Source: Neoconidiobolus thromboides FSU 785
Taxonomy: Eukaryota; Fungi; Entomophthoromycota
DNA: 64,000 nucleotides
Direction of reading: 5' to 3'
Assembly (NCBI GenBank): GCA_025603075.1
Contig: MU626313.1
Coordinates: 1 to 64,000, forward strand
Shown here one piece after another: positions 37,860 to 51,686 of the stretch. Both the position numbers and the translations under genes were made by a program. A model generated the notes under the pieces. That model saw only the letters and a list, made by a program, of their open reading frames with translations, searched no databases and was not told the DNA's origin. Numbering within the stretch: position 1 is the stretch's first letter; each line of letters opens with the position of its first letter.

Positions 37860-39285
37860 GAAAGACTATACAATAATTTCAAACTTTAAACAAAATATAA
37901 AAATAAAACAAAGTAAAATTAAGGTTAGTAAATTTAAATCATTATAATAAACAATCCATGTTGGTATTAAAGTTTAATGTTTTATATTCAAAAAATAATA
38001 AAACAATAATCAAAGTTGATTTTGATCATTTATTTGAAATATTAAACTATGATTTAATATAAGCAGAAAATTATTCAATTGATTTTAAAAGTTAAAGTTT
38101 TTGTTTGTAGACATAATAAACTTAATAATTCAATTATTGATAGTGAGAAAACAGATATAATTTCAAAAAAATATAAAATACCAAAAAGTGTTTATATTTT
38201 ATTAAACATAATGATAAGCCATATTGTTATCCAGTATCTGATAGATTGAAAAAAGTGATATAGTTCTAATCAAAGTTATAAAATCGAAAGATCAACCCCA
38301 GCTTATTCTACAAAAATAACAAATAACTTAAGTTTCAATATTTATTAAGTAATTAAGAAGTCTATTAAATGATAGAAATCAATTATTAAAATTTGATATT
38401 ACTTAGACTTGTGAAATATCGCCTTGTTAGTCTCATGGTTAATTATAGCATAATAATCACCTAAGCTGTTGTGTTCTTGAGTTCAGAGAAAATCAATCCC
38501 ATGTTCTTAGTTTGATTTGTTATGAGAATTTCTAGCTCCATCCAAAAGAATATTATCTTTTCATTTTGATATTTATACTTTTCAGAGTATAAAAGAGTTT
38601 ATAGAGTATAATAGCTCGAGGCTTTTTAACTGAATTATTCCCTGATATCTCGAACATTTAATAAAGCCACTAAGTTTTCTTAATAGTATTTTACATAGAT
38701 TTTACATTAGTATTGTCTATTCTATTTGTCTTATATAGCTAGTAACCTATTACGTGCTATTCCTCATAATCTAAGTCTATCTTAGTCACATAAACTAAGA
38801 CCTTTCGACTTATAGTGTAGTCAACCCAGCAATAGCTGTTCTTGACTCCAAACCCTGAGTACCAGATTTCACACCTCACATACAGCTATTTGTCAACTTA
38901 GTGATATACTGATAATATAATTGTAATATTAAAATAATTTGCTTATTTTATAGCAAATATGTAATGTTGGTTATAAAGCAGTAATAACAAATATCTCTCA
39001 ATGAAGTTTTATAGGAATATGTATTTATTCACATACTACAACCTTGGCTAATGTCAATATATAGATTATGTTAATAAAAGTCTTGCTAATTCAGAAATTT
39101 CTATTAACTCTAATAGAAACTTTGCTAACTTACAATATAAATCATAATAAGATAATTTAAAGCTCTATTGGGTTGGGTACTTTTGCTTTTTAATAAAAAA
39201 ATTTGCTTAAATTCTACAAAAGCAAACTTTTTAATTTTTAAATATTAAAAATTGGACAAAAAATGAAACCAATTTAGGTAACTTC
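37860..39285 (+). mobile_element. Sola-like transposon, degraded and internally deleted copy C
   Basis: Contains remnants NFKQNIKI...HYNKQ and gccatattgttatccagtatctgata; 38874-39285 matches 27920-28260; right terminus ...aatttaggtaacttc followed by ATGT. Confidence 0.72.
38410..38873. mobile_element. Solo-LTR-like element, copy 3 (464 bp)
   Basis: Same termini and body as copies 1 and 2; no TSD, and about 130 bp of host sequence is missing next to it. Confidence 0.75.
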
Positions 39286-39300
39286 ATGTTTTTAAGAAAT

Positions 39301-39395
39301 GGGGATGTTTTAATTTCATCACTTTTTCCATTTTTTAAGTGCTATTTGAGCGGAAAAATTGTTAGTAAAACCTTTAAGCAAAAAAGTACATCCCC
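39301..39395 (-). mobile_element. ~98-bp MITE
   Basis: Flanks AAAT/ATAT; 15 bp from the right end of Sola copy C. Confidence 0.85.
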
Positions 39396-40476
39396 ATATC
39401 CTTTGGTGTTTGACATGAAACTGTTTTTTCAATGATATTGGATCTTATCTTAAGAAGTCCACTTAAATTGTCCATTTCTTTCACTTCAATATCCAACTTA
39501 AGTATAAATTCCTCCTCTATTCTTTATGTTCCATTATATGGCTTCCTATTACAATGAACTTTTTACATTTGTTACTTAGTATTAATATTTTAGTCAACCA
39601 ATTACTTATAACATATTACTTATTAGCTTAATGCACAATTTATTTGATATCAATATCAATATCTTGAGCTTTACTCAAATCAATTTATGTATTTTATGAT
39701 GCGATTTATTTGAAATCTAATTAGTCTATACTTTTCAATAAAATAAATATCCTAACTCGACCATTTGTGATTTCATTTCAATTTTAATGGACTTAACCAG
39801 AGAAAGTTGTATTGAATATCTAGCTTAGTTTAGTTTTCTTCTTTCATATCATTCTTTTACTTTGTTTATCTCGTTTATTATTTTTATCTTTTCTAGGATT
39901 TACTTTCTATTTTATTTTCATCTATTAATTCATTTAGGAACTTGTTGACACTTTTGTTGTTTTATAAAATTTCTATTTTAAACTAAAGATCAGTTTCTTT
40001 CAATGAGTTAGATTCATGATATAAAGCAAAATAATAAACACATTTATTCAATAAGCATAATTATACATAATTTCTTATTATCATATTAATAACAAGCTAG
40101 GAGTATTTATATACTAATCATATGTTACTTTGTTAAAGCTATCAATTACTATGGATTTTGTGTTTTAAAAATTAAATATTTACATTTCAAGCATTTAGAA
40201 CAGAATCTTATAATAAAATACTTATTTTTTATCATAAATCTATCATTGTTAATGTGTTAATATTTATTTGGTTTTGTTGCTGCTAAGATTATATTAAAAA
40301 TTGTTAAAATTGTCACTTCATTAATATTTGATAATCAAATCAGAATACAAATCAAAGCATAATAGTTTACTAAAAATATTAAATTTTATCCTTTTATTTA
40401 TCTCATAAAATCTTAAAGATCAATCTCGCCTCACTGTTAGAGACCTTAAGATCCTTCATCACTGCATAGCCCCTTT

Positions 40477-41916
40477 TTAGTCTTTATACCTATTTAAAAA
40501 TTCATCCTTGAAGCTTGATCCTTTAGCTAGCAAAATAAAACTTGGTGTTCCGTTTACAACTAAATAATTATTGGATGCCAACACCTTATTAAGTGTCAAT
40601 CCCTTACCCACCTTAAATAACTTAGGTTTTGTTGCATTTGATGGAAAACTTTCAAAATAAATTTCAATATTTTCAACGGTGTATTTAGGATTATTCTGAT
40701 CATCCCAAGGGGCTGGTTGCTCAAACATAACTTCAAGATGATCTTTGAAGGTGTTGTTTTCATAATATTTTTCAATGAAATCACTTTCTTTGTATTCGGG
40801 ATAAAGGAAAAACACAGGCCATATTAATTGTTGGGATTCGCGGTCATAAGTCACAGAATTATCTGCTTTTAAATCAGGTTGGTAGAGTTTATCATTGGAA
40901 TCAACAAAGCGGATGTTGGAGGCCTGATGAGAGGAGTTAGTATGTTGCTTTAAGTTAATAAATAACAAAGGTTACTTTTAAAGCGTCTTGTAACTCTTTA
41001 ATTCTTAAAGCTTCAGCTTCTTCTTTTTCTTTTTTAACTCTTTCTTTTTCATCCAATTTGTTTTTCAATGAAATTATTTGTTCAAGTAACTTCTTCAACG
41101 GGGCATTTTCTGGATCAATCTAAAAATATTAATTAATAAACATATAAAACTTGGATAATTTTTTTTCTTACATTAAGTCCAAACTCACAACAATCTTTAG
41201 CTTCATTAACTCTTTCTAAATAATATAATGCTTTTGCTGACCTATAACAAGCTTTGACATTTTTATTATCAATACCTAAGGCTTTCGAGCAATCAGTTAA
41301 TACCATACGGTAATTACCTATAAATACAATCATCAATCATTATTTAATTTTCTCATTTTTATTTTTGTATTATTATTGTTAGTATTATCGTCTAATTTCA
41401 AAAAAACTTACCCAACTCTAAGTTGACAGCTGCTCTATTAATATAACAAATCACATTCAATTGATCATCTTTACTATATTGGTCTAAAGCTTGAGTGAAA
41501 TATTGAATGGCATCTTTATATGAGGCCTTTCCTTGGGCAAAGCACTCATTTCCTAATTCTTTGAAGTTTTTGGCATTTTCTAAATAAAAATAATTACTCA
41601 CTCAATCTTTATCAATCCATTTTTCAATAAAAGAAAATAAAAACAAAAATAAAAACAATCAAATTATTAATGTTTCTTTGGCTATTAACTTACCTTCTGG
41701 TGTGCCATCAAATTTCAATGTTTGTAAAGCAGCTAAAGCTACATTCTCTTCTGCATCCTCAGGTAAATTTTTCATGAATAAAGGTACTGAATTCATTTCT
41801 TTATCTAAATTTTCACTACTAAACGCCCAACTAGGACGATTTGGTTTAGGTCCATTACCACCTTCAATGGAGTTGACTATGTTTTCTAACTCAAGAATTT
41901 TGTCCATGTTTTCCAT
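40477..41916 (-). CDS. CNS1: Hsp70/Hsp90 TPR co-chaperone Cns1/TTC4 (about 5 exons)
   Basis: PLFM...ALAALQTLKFDGTPE|ENAKNFKELGNECF, YINRAAVNLELG|NYR..LTDC, KACYRSAKAL, and C-terminal WPVFFLYPEYKESDFI. Confidence 0.93.
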
Positions 41917-42245
41917 TTTGTTGTTACTCTGATAAAAAGGTAAAGTCTAAAGTTCTGAGTTTATCTTTTTATTTTGCTAGGTTTTTTGCATAAAATTCAA
42001 GGCTTTGATAATAGAAGTTGTTTTATATAAAGGTAGTAAAATGTATAAGTGTTATTTTGTACTATAAAAATAATGGTAATTGGTATTATAAATACAGTTT
42101 ACTAATTTTGATCATTTTAAAAATTATTTCAAATGAAAAAAAACCATTAAATTTATTAAAAAAACTTCATTTAATAAACTAATTCATTATCTATAAAAGA
42201 CTGTTTCCTTCCTTTCCTTTCCTTCCTTTTTTTCGATTCCTTCCT

Positions 42246-42644
42246 CTAGCTCATCAACCATCCAAAAAATATAAGCGTCGCTACTGCTAATCCAATGAAC
42301 AAATACCAATCCTGCCTTGTTCTCCTTTCAATAAAATTAATCAAAGTAGTGGAAAGTCCCAACGTATTAGCTGTATTTAAAGCTCTAGTCCTAGCTGATT
42401 TCAACATTTTTCGTTGTTCTTTTAAATCCAACAAACTACTTTGTCCTTGCAAAATAAAATCATCAAGTGAATTTTCACTGTTTTGAAGAAAATGGTCTTC
42501 ATCGATTTGGATATTAATGCTATCATTGGGAACATGATTGGAGAATAGTTCATTTCGATTGCTGGTATGTTCGACATTAAGGTCCATCATCCGTTGTCGA
42601 CGTTGGCTTGTCTTTGGTTTATACCGATTGTTGATGGGTTCCAT
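42246..42644 (-). CDS. BOS1: Short Bos1/membrin-like Qb-SNARE (SNARE motif plus TM only)
   Basis: LDDFILQGQSSLLDLKEQRKMLKS...NTLGLSTTLINFIERRTRQD followed by a C-terminal TM segment. Confidence 0.72.
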   Translation of the reverse strand: MEPINNRYKPKTSQRRQRMMDLNVEHTSNRNELFSNHVPNDSINIQIDEDHFLQNSENSLDDFILQGQSSLLDLKEQRKMLKSARTRALNTANTLGLSTTLINFIERRTRQDWYLFIGLAVATLIFFGWLMS

Positions 42645-42837
42645 TTTAGTTTTTTGTTTTACAAAGAGATAAAAGATAAGAAAATTTTCAATTTTTAGTT
42701 GAGCCTTTTATATTTGCGTCAGCAATACGTTTTCAATTTTAATTTTTAAAACTAACTTCCAGCGTGGAAAAAACATAAAATATAAATATAAAATAGCATC
42801 AAAAAAAAATTACATATATAATACACTAAATGAATAT

Positions 42838-43828
42838 TTATTCCAATTCTCTTAAATAAGCTAATAATCTTTTTTTATGAATAACCCCAATAAATTTACC
42901 TAATTTTAAAATACAAATATATCTTACACCTAACTTAATAAACATTTCTAATAATATATCAGCAGAAGAGTTATGGGCTATTGTTATTGGGGCTTGGTCA
43001 ATAAATTGAAACACTAATTCATCGATTTCATTTAAAGGTATAGAATTAGTATTAAAATTAATTATTAGGCTATTATTGGGATGTTTCTCTAAGTATAATA
43101 TTAATATATCATTATTTAGATGTTATTATATATTATTATTATTATTATTATTATTACCTAAAACATGTTGTAAATCATTAAAATTTATATAACCGATAAG
43201 AATGTTATCATCTACTATTGGGAACCCGCCATCTGAGTAACCATAGTTTTCTATAGTAGAAGAATATTAGTTGAAATACATTTTGTAACTTTATCAAATC
43301 TTAATATTTACGCATATCAGTCAACTTCAACTTTAAACTTTGTATAGTGTTAACTTGATTACAATTGATAATAGGTAAGTTATTATCCATTATATCTTTT
43401 AATTCATTTAGATTTTGATAATGATTTCCTTTATGTAAATATGGATATTCGTTTAATTCAATTAAATTATCATAAATACTATTATGTACTAAAGCATCTC
43501 CGGTCCATTTACTTATCATTACAGCTAACATAATTGGCTAATAGTAAATAATGATAAGTAAGCAATTTTATAAAATAAATGATTTACTTACCAAACCATA
43601 AGATAATGAATTGGTTAATTCAAACATGATTACTACTAATGAAACTAGGTAATAAAGGAATAATTATTATATAAATTTATCATAATAATATGCCAAAAAA
43701 TTTACCTGTCATTCTAGTAACCCCAGCTAATGCAGAAGCTGCGCCAACCATAGCATAAACACCTGGAGTAAAACAATTGGTGCCTACTTCACCACATACA
43801 GAGAATAAATAAAAGGTCGGGTATATTC

Positions 43829-43864
<36 letters not shown>

Positions 43865-46030
43865 AATTTACTGTTGAAATTGTTGTAACATTAGACCAAT
43901 AATTCTACCAAAGCAAGCACCAATGGCCATAGAAGGTATGAATACTCCAGCTGGTACCTAAAATTTCGATAAAGGAAATCATATTAAAATCATGTACAAT
44001 AATAATAAACATAACTCACTTTCATCCCAAATGTAATTACCGTTAATAAAAACTTTTCAATTATAGCTAAACCTAATAGTTGAATTACTTGGTCATAATT
44101 AGATAATTGAGAACTAGAGTAATAAATTTATTAAATTAGTAACACTTATCTCTATTTTAATAAAAAGCTTACAGACACAATCCATTGTTCCCATCATTAT
44201 TTGTTTTACATTCTGAAAACAAATCAGCCACTAATTCTGTAGTAGATAGTCTAAAGCCAAAAGTCATTAAACTTAACCTTATAAAAAATACAATACACCT
44301 TACCTAGTAAAAGGATTCATATAATTTAATACAGTAGTAATACAAACCACTGTTAAAACCTCGTAAACTGGTAATTTGCCCCAATTAGAAGTTCTTCTTT
44401 TTTTATTCCATAAAATATTCAATTTACAAAATAAAGCTCCGTAAATACCCTAAAGGTTTATAAAACATTATCAATAAATAGACTTGAATTTACAAAAAAA
44501 TGTTTTTTATCTCAACTTACCCCAAATACCCCTAATAATAAAAATGGCAATAATTCAAATGTCCACCAAGTGTTTTCAAACGTTACTTGGAACAATACGA
44601 TTTTTCCCGTACCAAATGGATTAATTATCTATACAAATCAGATTATCAATAAGTTTCTCTATACATCTTTTCCCTACCCTTACTTACTTTCAACGTCATT
44701 GCTGCCACCATAGCACAAAGGAAACTTCTATATAGTGTATGTATTGGAAAATAATAAGACACTTCTTCTAAAGAAAATAGGACTCCACCAATTGGGGCAC
44801 CAAATGCTACCGCCACACCAGCAGCTGATGAAGCGGATAATATTTCCCTTTGTTTTGCTTCGTTTAAATTATATTTTTCAAAAAAACGAGTCACAATGTT
44901 TCCTATACAACAAGATATATGAACCAATGGACCTTCTTTACCGAGAGAGAGGCCGGAGCTTACCGAGAGAATCTATAAATAGGGGAGAATTAATTTGATT
45001 AATTGATGGTGAGATAGAGTATCATAGATAATAAGCAATAAAAACTTACCAAACCTGCTGTTTTTACTGTTAATGTTTTAATCCCTAGGAAACCCCTAAT
45101 AACAAAGCCACTTAAAATTGTTTTAACTTCCGGAATCCCTGACCCAGCAGCATAATAACAAATTTTATCTTCCCCATCCTTTGTTTTTTTTTTATAACCA
45201 TTGTAGAAAACTAGGCTTCCGGCACCAATGGCTAAGGTGACTGCAATAATGAAATACACTAGGAAATCAAAGATTGGACCGAATGAGTTGACATCCCAAT
45301 GAAAAAATTTGGACCACGTTTGGAATTCGTAACAGTTGAGATTTCCCTGTTTGCTCTTGCCACCACAACATTTGACTTGATTTAAAAATAAATTGTTGAT
45401 ACATATGCCTTCCTTCAATGAAGATAAACTTTCACTTAATAGTACAATAATAGCAGCCACAATACCACTGAGGATACCAATAATAGTGACTATCAATATG
45501 CCTTGAATTGAATCATAAAGTTTTAGTAGAGCGCCACGAAGTCCAGATGTTTTATTGATAGCTCTTTGTCGCGTTCGAGATTTTATTAGATCATGGATCC
45601 AATCTAAAGAGAACCAAAATAGTTAAATAATAAATCAGTTAATTGTTCATTGTTTTAATTGTCTATCAGCTTGCTTGTTTTATTCATTTAAGTGTGAAAG
45701 TTTGATTAAATAAAAATAAATCTATTTATTACCTATACTACTATAATCCAAATACCATTCTCTTAAACCATTATTTTCCGAAAGCAAAGTAGAAGTGGAG
45801 GTAGAACGATCATAATCTGTAGATTTTCGGCGTAATAAAGGACGACTTATAGGGGCTTGAAGACTATGAAATAAAGAGTCAGTTGTTTGATTTTAATAAT
45901 TCGAGGGGATTCTAGGGAGTCAATGAATTTTATATTACCTTTGATAACTAATTGAATTGGCAGTTGAAGTTGAAGTTGAAGTTGAAGTGGGTTTTGATAA
46001 TAAATTAGTAGATTCTGTTTCTTCTGGCAT
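42838..46030 (-). CDS. GEF1: CLC chloride channel / Cl-/H+ antiporter with C-terminal CBS domains (many exons)
   Basis: [18 protein letters not shown] (exon near 44930), [40 protein letters not shown], and CBS exons ending [16 protein letters not shown]. Confidence 0.93.
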
Positions 46031-46403
46031 TTAAAATTAGTGTTGTTATATTAAGCAAGCCAAGGATTGAAAAGTTTTCTATTCTTTCATTTTGTTTGTG
46101 ACTTAATTTTTTAGATATTTTTCAACTGCCTTTGCTTTTGTACAACGTTTTTAAGTGATGAATTGGAATTTTTAGTAAATTAGTTAACACTAATAATAAA
46201 TATTAAATTCTTTAGCAAGTATGATTATTTGATGTAGAAAAAATAGGGATCCTTACTATATAAGGAATATTTAGTCTAAAAAATTCTAATATGAAGCTTA
46301 AACTCAAAAATTCAATTTAAAAGTTGGCTTAAACTCCGTTTCAGATTTATTTTATTTTATTTTAAAAGTTCTTTTGATTGCATTAAATAATATTAATAAT
46401 AGA

Positions 46404-49400
46404 ATGTATCAATGGCTACAAAATAATAGTAATTTAAATATCAGTTTAAGTTTATCATCCAAAAAAAAGAATGCAGAAAAGGATCGTGGTTATACATTGG
46501 CTAATTTTAAGTAAGATTTTTAGAATAATATTACTATTCCCCGTTATATTAACTTAAAATTTTGTTTTCAATAGGAAGCTATGTGATGATTTATTATGTT
46601 TGAATCCGGCCCGAGATAGTGAAACTTTAATTGAAGCATTACGATTAATTACTGAAATGTTAATATGGAATGATCAAGAATTACTTGGTCATCAAATGGA
46701 GTTAACCCCAAATGATTCTTCTTTACCTAATTTTTTTGAATATTTTTTAGAACATAATTTACATATTTATATGTGTTGGACACTTGGATTGGGGGATTTA
46801 AAGCCACATTCTGAAAACCCATTTTCTTGTTATACTTTTTCAACTACGTTTCAAAGTGATAGAGAAAGGGATAGTCTTGCTACTCAAGCTTTGATTCACT
46901 TAAAAAGACAAGTGTTACAAAGTTTAAATATACTATTTGAAAGTATTAAAAATCAACAAATGATTTACTATTTATTATCCAATAATTTTATCAATCGATT
47001 AGTTTGTAAACCTAATTTTAATAATGAAGAAATGGAAGAATTGTTACCCTATTTTATTGCTTTGTTAAAAGCATTGAGTTTTAAATTAAAGTTAGAGCAG
47101 GATAAAATGTTACCATTTTTTTATAACTCAGGACAAAAGGACCTCCCTATTTATAAAGAAGCTATTAAATATTTTGATCATTCAGACGCTATGGTAAGAG
47201 TGGCTATTAGAACTATTACATTAAATATAGCAAGTGGTAAGTTTTTATTGTTTTGTTTTTATTTGTTGTTTAATTATTAATTATTAATTATTAATAGTAA
47301 AAAATCAAGAGATTACAAGTGCTATGTTACATCCCGATTTATCTGATTATTTTAATAAAGTAATAGATAAATTATTAATACTAAGTATTAAAATGGATCA
47401 ATGTTTGGGTAATAATAATAATAAAGAAATGAGGTAATATAAGTATAATTGTAATATAAGTATAATTGTAATAGTAAGTTAATCAATTAATTAATAATCA
47501 ATTAATTTTATAGAATACGAAACAAAATTGATAAAAATCAATATTTGACATACTTAAATGATTATTTAGAAGGAGTTGATTATATTAGTGACCTTATTCG
47601 ATTGGGGGGCTATGAATTGAGAGATTATTTACGAAAATTAATAATTGAAACATTGTATTTTAATTTGATGTTGGAAAAGAAAATAAGAAAGAGTTTAAAA
47701 TTATATTTATTAATTCAACTATTTTATATAATTCAAGATAAATTAATATTAAATTTATTATTATATTTATCATTTGATTTGAATATTGAAAATCATAAAG
47801 AAGAAGAAGAAGAAGAGAAGAAGAAAGACAAAGTAATTGAAAGACATGCTTCATCACCGGAATCCATGAATACCATTACACCTAAATTATTTATTAAAAA
47901 GAATTGTAATCAACATAATAATCAAAGTTCTCATCTTTGTGATGATTTCCATTTACCAGAAGAACATGATGTATATTTTCAGTATATAATTAATCAAAAG
48001 AAAACAGATATTTTTAATTGTGAATATTTAATTGAAGAAATTATAGACCAAACAATTCATCAAAGTATACTAAATGAATTAAATTTACTTCCGCCAAAAC
48101 CAATTCGAAGAAATAGTTCAACTAGTTTATTTCAATGGGACAATTATTCACCTCAAGAAAATTTACTAAATAATAATATCAATTTTAATAATCGAAATTT
48201 TATTAATAATGTTAATAATAATTCATTTTTAAAAGAAATCCAATTCCAAGAATTAAAAGTTAAACAACAAGAAAGTAATATTTTATTGTATTTAATATTT
48301 TGTTTAGTTATTTATAATAAAAAAGAAGGTAATAACTTACTATTATTATTATAGAACTGTATTAATTTTTTATTTTTATTTTTATTTTGAATAGATTTTA
48401 AATTGGGCTGGTTAATAAGATGTGGTTTATGTTCGGTTAGATATTTAAGAAAAAGATATTTAATGGTAATAGTTAATTAACTAATAATACAAATAACATA
48501 ATTAAATAAATATTAATTGATGTTTTATTTTTTTACTAAAATATAGAAATCCCTAACAAGTCCTATAAATTTAAAATTATTAGATAAAGAAAAAGATAAT
48601 GAAATCATTCAATATTGGTTAAATGAATCACAATCTACTATTAATTCATTATCAAGCTCAGCTACTTCTTCACCTCCACCATCACCTACAACAAATGTTA
48701 AATCAAATGATAAAACGAATGTAAGTTAAAATAGAAATATTATAAAATATAGAATAAAAACATGATATTTGTTTAATATTTAATTTATTTAATATTAGGT
48801 ATGGTATCATAAAAAAACAATTTATAGTTTGTTTCGAATTATAAGAAAACAAAATCGATTTCATATAATAACTGTCAAAATGGCAGCAGAATTATTATTA
48901 AATTTAAGTTATTTTCCAGGCACAGCGCCTTGTTTAGATATCAACTTAAAAAAAAAAATGGAGGTAAAATATTAATGATTAAGTTTAATTTAAAGAACAT
49001 TTCATTAATATATTTTTCATAATTTAAATTTTAGAATGATATTAAAGAAATGAATTTTAAAGTACAACATTATTTATCTCATCCAAAATTCCCCATATTA
49101 TTACTTTATTTTGAAATAGAGAACTTTATGGGTAAGTAAATAATATCAATTATATATTAATAATATTTGATTTACTTTTGATATTAAATTAGAATCTATG
49201 GATCAAATTCCAAAAAAGATATTAAGTCTACAAGCTATAGCAATATTTTCTCCAAGTATTGATCCAGACACTCATTTAGATAATAAAATTGGTAATTCAT
49301 TTAAATTTAATAATAACAAATAATAACAAATAATAATAAATAATAATAAATAATAATAAATAATAATAATTTATTTTCTATAGCTCATTTAAGTCGAGTC

Positions 49401-50043
49401 ATTCAGATGTATTTAATTTATCAAAAATTAAATCATTGGCTATTACGTAGTCAAGGAGCAATACCAAGTTGGCAAAAACAATTAAAACAATATAAATTAA
49501 ATAATCAATTAGAAAGCAATACTATTGTTGGGTTAGATAATTATTTAGCATTGTCAGTTAAAATATTAGATAACTTTGATTTAAATAAACAATATGCTAT
49601 TCTATTAAATGAAAATCAAACTCAATTTTTATTAGCTAATATGGATCGTAACGGGTTTTCAAAAGCTAAACAAGTTAAAATTATAATAGCGATTAATTTT
49701 ATGGAAGTTGAGGTAAATTAATTTGAATATTTATTCATTTTTATTATATTAAGATGTAATATTTAATTAACTCTTTTGTTTTATCTTTATCTAGTTTCAA
49801 AAAGTACCTGATTCACCTGAACTTATCAAAGTAATTCATTTTGATTTCAAATATCAAAATTTAGGTCTTGGAGCTATACCAAAATCACCTTCGTTTCCAG
49901 AAGTTATTATCAAACAAGAATTTATCCTGGAATTTTTAGATTTAATGGAATGTTTACATGCATTACAAAATTTAAATTTAGCTAAGAAAGAATATTTAAA
50001 AAAATGCAGAGAAAATGCTAAAAGTGTATTAGGACTTAATTGA
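46404..50043 (+). CDS. CLEC16A: CLEC16A/GOP-1-like FPL-domain protein (multi-exon)
   Basis: IEALRLITEMLIWNDQ, FFEYFLE, QVLQSLNILFESI, YYLLSNNFIN, YFIALLKALS, AIKYFDHSDAMVRVAIRTITLNI form the FPL domain. Downstream exon boundaries are less certain. Confidence 0.85.
49305..49370. repeat. (AATAA[C/T]AAAT)n-type tandem repeat within the CLEC16A locus
   Basis: Direct reading of 10-nt units. Confidence 0.7.
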
Positions 50044-50736
50044 TGTATTAGTGTAAGAAGAATAGGGATTTAAGGAAAGAATGTTTGTTAAAGGTTATAT
50101 GTTTTATGAGCATATTCTAGTTTGCGATTGTTTTTGTAAAAATAAAATATTAATAAGTTTAATATAACTATTATTTGCTAAATTAATAAAATCAAATCAA
50201 AATAATAATAATTCAAATATTATTAGTATTTATAAATTATAATGAATGAATCTTCGACTTTTAACTTAAATTTTAGTCATGTTGGTAAATTATCGTATAA
50301 TTAACTTTTCCTTATTAAAACAATGTCATGTTTCCATCTTCAATTTATAAACTAAAAAATAAATCAAAATGTATTTACTAATATACTAAATAATCTATTA
50401 TAATATTCAAATAGACAATAAATTGTTATCTAATTAAAATAAATTATTAAATACTTAATTACAAAATGAAAATATTCATTTAGGTTATTCTTATCAACAA
50501 AACTTCGATCTTTAACAAACATAACACTCAACTTACCAATTTAGATCAAAAATTGAATTTTTAAAATATCTTGAAAAAAAGTGAATTTTTTCAACTATTA
50601 AAAAAGGTGACGAAACTCGAAATTATCAGATAATATTTAACTTGATCTAATTGGTTGCGTTTTAAACCCAATCCATAAAAATCCACTTCAACTCCAGTTT
50701 AATAACTTTTAACAAATATAAAATCGAAAATAAAAA

Positions 50737-51686
50737 ATGAGTAAACTTCGCGTATTAGTTGGTGTTAAAAGAGTGATTGATTATGCAGTTAAGATTCGTG
50801 TGAATCCAGGAAAAACAGGTGTTGAAACAAATGGTGTGAAACATAGTATGAATCCATTTGATGAAATAGCAGTTGAAGAAGCGGTACGTTTACGTGAAAA
50901 ATTAGGTAAAGAAAAGATAGCTGAAATTATTGCCGTTACCTGTGGTCCAAGTAAATCTCAAGAAACATTAAGAACTGCTTTAGCTATGGGAGCAGATCGT
51001 GCTATTCATGTGGAAGTTAGTGATAAAGAAGCTAGTGATTTACAACCTTTAGCAGTAGCTAAATTACTTAAAGCTATCGTTGAAAAAGAAAGTATTGATT
51101 TAGCTATTTTGGGTAAACAAGCTATTGATGATGATTCCAATCAAACGGGTCAAATGTTAGCTGGATTTTTAAATTGGCCACAAGTAAGTTTTTGTATAGA
51201 GTCAAAGGAGATTTTTTTATTCGTATTTAATTTTTAGGCTACTTTTGCTTCCAAAATAGATATCGCTGATAGTGGTGAAATTTCAGTTAAACGTGAAGTA
51301 GATGGAGGATTAGAAACACTTGCTAGTAAATTACCTGCTGTTGTTACTACTGATTTGCGGTAATTTTAATTTTATGAATGTAGTAAATTTTATATTCATT
51401 TCGATTTTTTAGTTTAAATGAACCACGTTACGCTTCCCTTCCTAACATTATGGTAATATTAGTTTTTAGAAAGAATAAGAAATGAATGTGTTCGCTAATT
51501 TTATTTTTTTAGAAAGCCAAAAAGAAACCATTAGCCAAACTTACCCCAAGCGAACTTGGAGTTGATATTTCGCCAAGACTTCAAGTATTGGAAGTAGTTG
51601 AGCCACCAAAACGTCAAGGTGGTGGTAAGGTTGAATCCGTAGATGAGTTATTAGATAAACTTCGTAACGAAAAGAAGGTGATCTAA
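50737..51686 (+). CDS. ETFB: Electron transfer flavoprotein beta subunit (about 4 exons)
   Basis: [97 protein letters not shown]. Confidence 0.97.

Noticed and set aside
40395-40470. Possible box C/D snoRNA or hairpin just past the CNS1 stop (GTGATGA on the minus strand)
   Set aside because: A C-box-like motif is present but no downstream CTGA D box was seen; more likely 3' UTR.
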